Shown piece by piece: positions 25,502 through 27,278 of a stretch of DNA of 27,278 nt (position 1 is the stretch's first letter; every line of letters begins with the position of its first letter). This DNA is from Bdellovibrionales bacterium (lineage in GTDB: Bacteria; Bdellovibrionota; Bdellovibrionia; Bdellovibrionales; DASUEL01), in contig JBFWOZ010000039.1 in NCBI GenBank assembly GCA_050250255.1, forward strand, positions 1 to 27,278. The letters are read 5' to 3'. The position numbers and the translations under genes were made by a program. Below the pieces are notes generated by a model, which did not search any database, was not told the origin of the DNA, and saw only the letters and a program-made list of their open reading frames with translations.

Positions 25502-26292
25502 GCTCTTTTCCTGTTTCTTGGATCGACGTCCATGCCCATTTAGAAATGCTTGAAACCAACCCAGAAGAAACTTTGAAGTTGGCCGAAGCTTCTGGGGTCA
25601 ATCACATGATCACTATCGGTACTCATCCTGAAGATAACAAAAAGGTCCTTGAACTTGCGAAAAAATATTTCCCTCGCGTCGTTTGCACTCTTGGCATCCA
25701 CCCTCATGAATCCAAGCACTACACGGATGATGTGGAAGAAAGCATGCGTCAGGAACTGTCTCTCCCTCACGTCGTGGGAGTTGGCGAAATTGGATTAGAT
25801 TATTACTACGACCATTCGGATCGCACGGTTCAAAAAGAAGTTTTTGATCGCCAAATGAAATTGGCCCAAGAGTTTGGTTTGCCCGTGGAAATTCATACCC
25901 GTGATGCCGAAGCCGACACCATCGAAATTTTGGCTCGCTACAAAGGCACAGTAAAAGGTTTAATCCACTGCTTCACAGGAACCCAGTGGCTCGCCGACGA
26001 AGCCTTGAAGCTCGGTTATAATATCAGCTTTAGCGGTATTTTGACCTTCAAGACGGCGCAAAATCTTCGCGACACACTTAAAACCGTTCCCTTAGATCGA
26101 ATTCATGTAGAAACCGATGCCCCTTTCTTAGCCCCCGTCCCCCACCGAGGAAAGAAAAACACTCCAGCCCTCCTCGTTCACACCGCGCAACTGGTTGCAG
26201 AGACGAAAGGTGTAGAACTTGAGGAACTCCGCCAACAAATTCATAAAAATGCTCACACCCTCTTCACGAAATGGGACGAATTATCTCTTTGA
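25498..26292 (+). CDS. tatD: TatD family DNase
   Basis: IDVHAH, GIHPH, GEIGLDY, IHTRDA, IHCFTG and ETDAPFLAP motifs. GTGA overlap with the holB stop. Confidence 0.95.
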   Translation: MSSFPVSWIDVHAHLEMLETNPEETLKLAEASGVNHMITIGTHPEDNKKVLELAKKYFPRVVCTLGIHPHESKHYTDDVEESMRQELSLPHVVGVGEIGLDYYYDHSDRTVQKEVFDRQMKLAQEFGLPVEIHTRDAEADTIEILARYKGTVKGLIHCFTGTQWLADEALKLGYNISFSGILTFKTAQNLRDTLKTVPLDRIHVETDAPFLAPVPHRGKKNTPALLVHTAQLVAETKGVELEELRQQIHKNAHTLFTKWDELSL

Positions 26293-26347
26293 TTTTTCGT
26301 TTTAAAAGCTCTATTTTTTCCTAACAAATAAAAGGAGCTTTGAAGTT

Positions 26348-27278
26348 ATGGCAAAACTACGTGTTGGGATTAATGGTTTTGGTCGTATCGGTCGTGTTTT
26401 TTTCCGTGCGGGTTTCGACAAGTTGGATATCGTGGGAATTAACGATCTCACAGACGCCGCCACTCTCGCTCATCTTTTAAAATACGATAGCAGTCATGGA
26501 ACATTTCCTTACGAGGTGAAAGCCGAGGGCCAAGCGATTATCGTGAATGGCAAACGCATTCCTGTTTCAGCGACAAAAAATCCTGCCGAAATTCCGTGGA
26601 AGAGCTGGGGCGCAGAAATGATCGCCGAGTGCACAGGCGCCTTTAAGAAAAGAGAAGACTTTCTGAAACATTTAGACGCCGGAGCCCAGCGCGTTCTTGT
26701 CTCTGCCCCTGCAGATGGCATTGATACGATGCTCGTGTACGGTGTGAATCATGAATCTTACGCGCCCGACAAACATAAAATCGTAAGCAATGCCTCGTGT
26801 ACGACAAACTGCCTCACACCTGTCGTAAAGGTGCTTCATGACAAATTTCAGATTGTGCACGGTCTCATGACCACTGTTCACAGCTACACCAATGATCAAA
26901 ATATTCTAGATGCTCCTCACAAAGATCTTCGCCGCGCTCGCTCAGCGGCTCTTTCGATGATCCCCACCACAACTGGTGCGGCAAAAGCTGTGGGCAAAGT
27001 TCTTCCAGAACTAGCTGGCAAAATCGACGGAACTTCTATTCGTGTACCAACTCCCAATGTGAGTCTTGTGGATTTTGTTGCGACGACTCAAAAGCCCGTG
27101 ACCGTGGAAGCGATTAACGAAGCTTTTCAGCAAGCAGCAAACTCTTCTCTCAAGGGCGTTCTTCGCTGTGAGGCCAATGAGCTTGTAAGCCATGACTTTA
27201 ACGGAGATCCTGCAAGTTCTATCGTGGATCTTCCAAGCACCATGGTTTCTGGGCCAAACTTGCTCAAGGTTTTCTCTT
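26348..27278 (+). CDS. gap: Type I glyceraldehyde-3-phosphate dehydrogenase (3' end runs off the window)
   Basis: Not in the ORF track because there is no stop in the window. AAGGAG SD. MAKLRVGINGFGRIGR, SNASCTTNCL, TTVHSYTNDQ, IPTTTGAAKAVG, RVPTPNVS. Confidence 0.98.
   Translation, partial: MAKLRVGINGFGRIGRVFFRAGFDKLDIVGINDLTDAATLAHLLKYDSSHGTFPYEVKAEGQAIIVNGKRIPVSATKNPAEIPWKSWGAEMIAECTGAFKKREDFLKHLDAGAQRVLVSAPADGIDTMLVYGVNHESYAPDKHKIVSNASCTTNCLTPVVKVLHDKFQIVHGLMTTVHSYTNDQNILDAPHKDLRRARSAALSMIPTTTGAAKAVGKVLPELAGKIDGTSIRVPTPNVSLVDFVATTQKPVTVEAINEAFQQAANSSLKGVLRCEANELVSHDFNGDPASSIVDLPSTMVSGPNLLKVFS

Noticed and set aside
26509..27193. Minus-strand ORFs opposite gap
   Set aside because: Antisense shadows of the GAPDH coding sequence.

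Overview
Bacterial chromosomal window. Gene order and protein style suggest a Bdellovibrionota-like predator (inference, not a database result). Most of the left three quarters is on the minus strand: partial ABC1/UbiB kinase, MFS transporter, paired M16 peptidases, orphan fliL, rhomboid protease, methylmalonyl-CoA epimerase, HIT hydrolase, sppA, rpsA, cmk, a TSUP transporter and threonine ammonia-lyase. The right end carries tmk-holB-tatD-gap (gap partial) on the plus strand. The standout is a ~1410-1436 aa protein (12883-17127, minus). It has a Sec-type signal peptide, two tandem ClpB-D2-like AAA+ modules and a complete FtsH-type M41 zinc-protease domain, and it is transcribed divergently from a secreted protein with a papain-like Cys-His-Asp triad. 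A small accessory region (about 20.6-22.7 kb) holds a DUF222-like/HNH nuclease followed by two structured palindromic elements. A 125-bp palindromic element sits directly at the rpsA ribosome-binding site. No rRNA, tRNA, CRISPR array or transposase was recognised.
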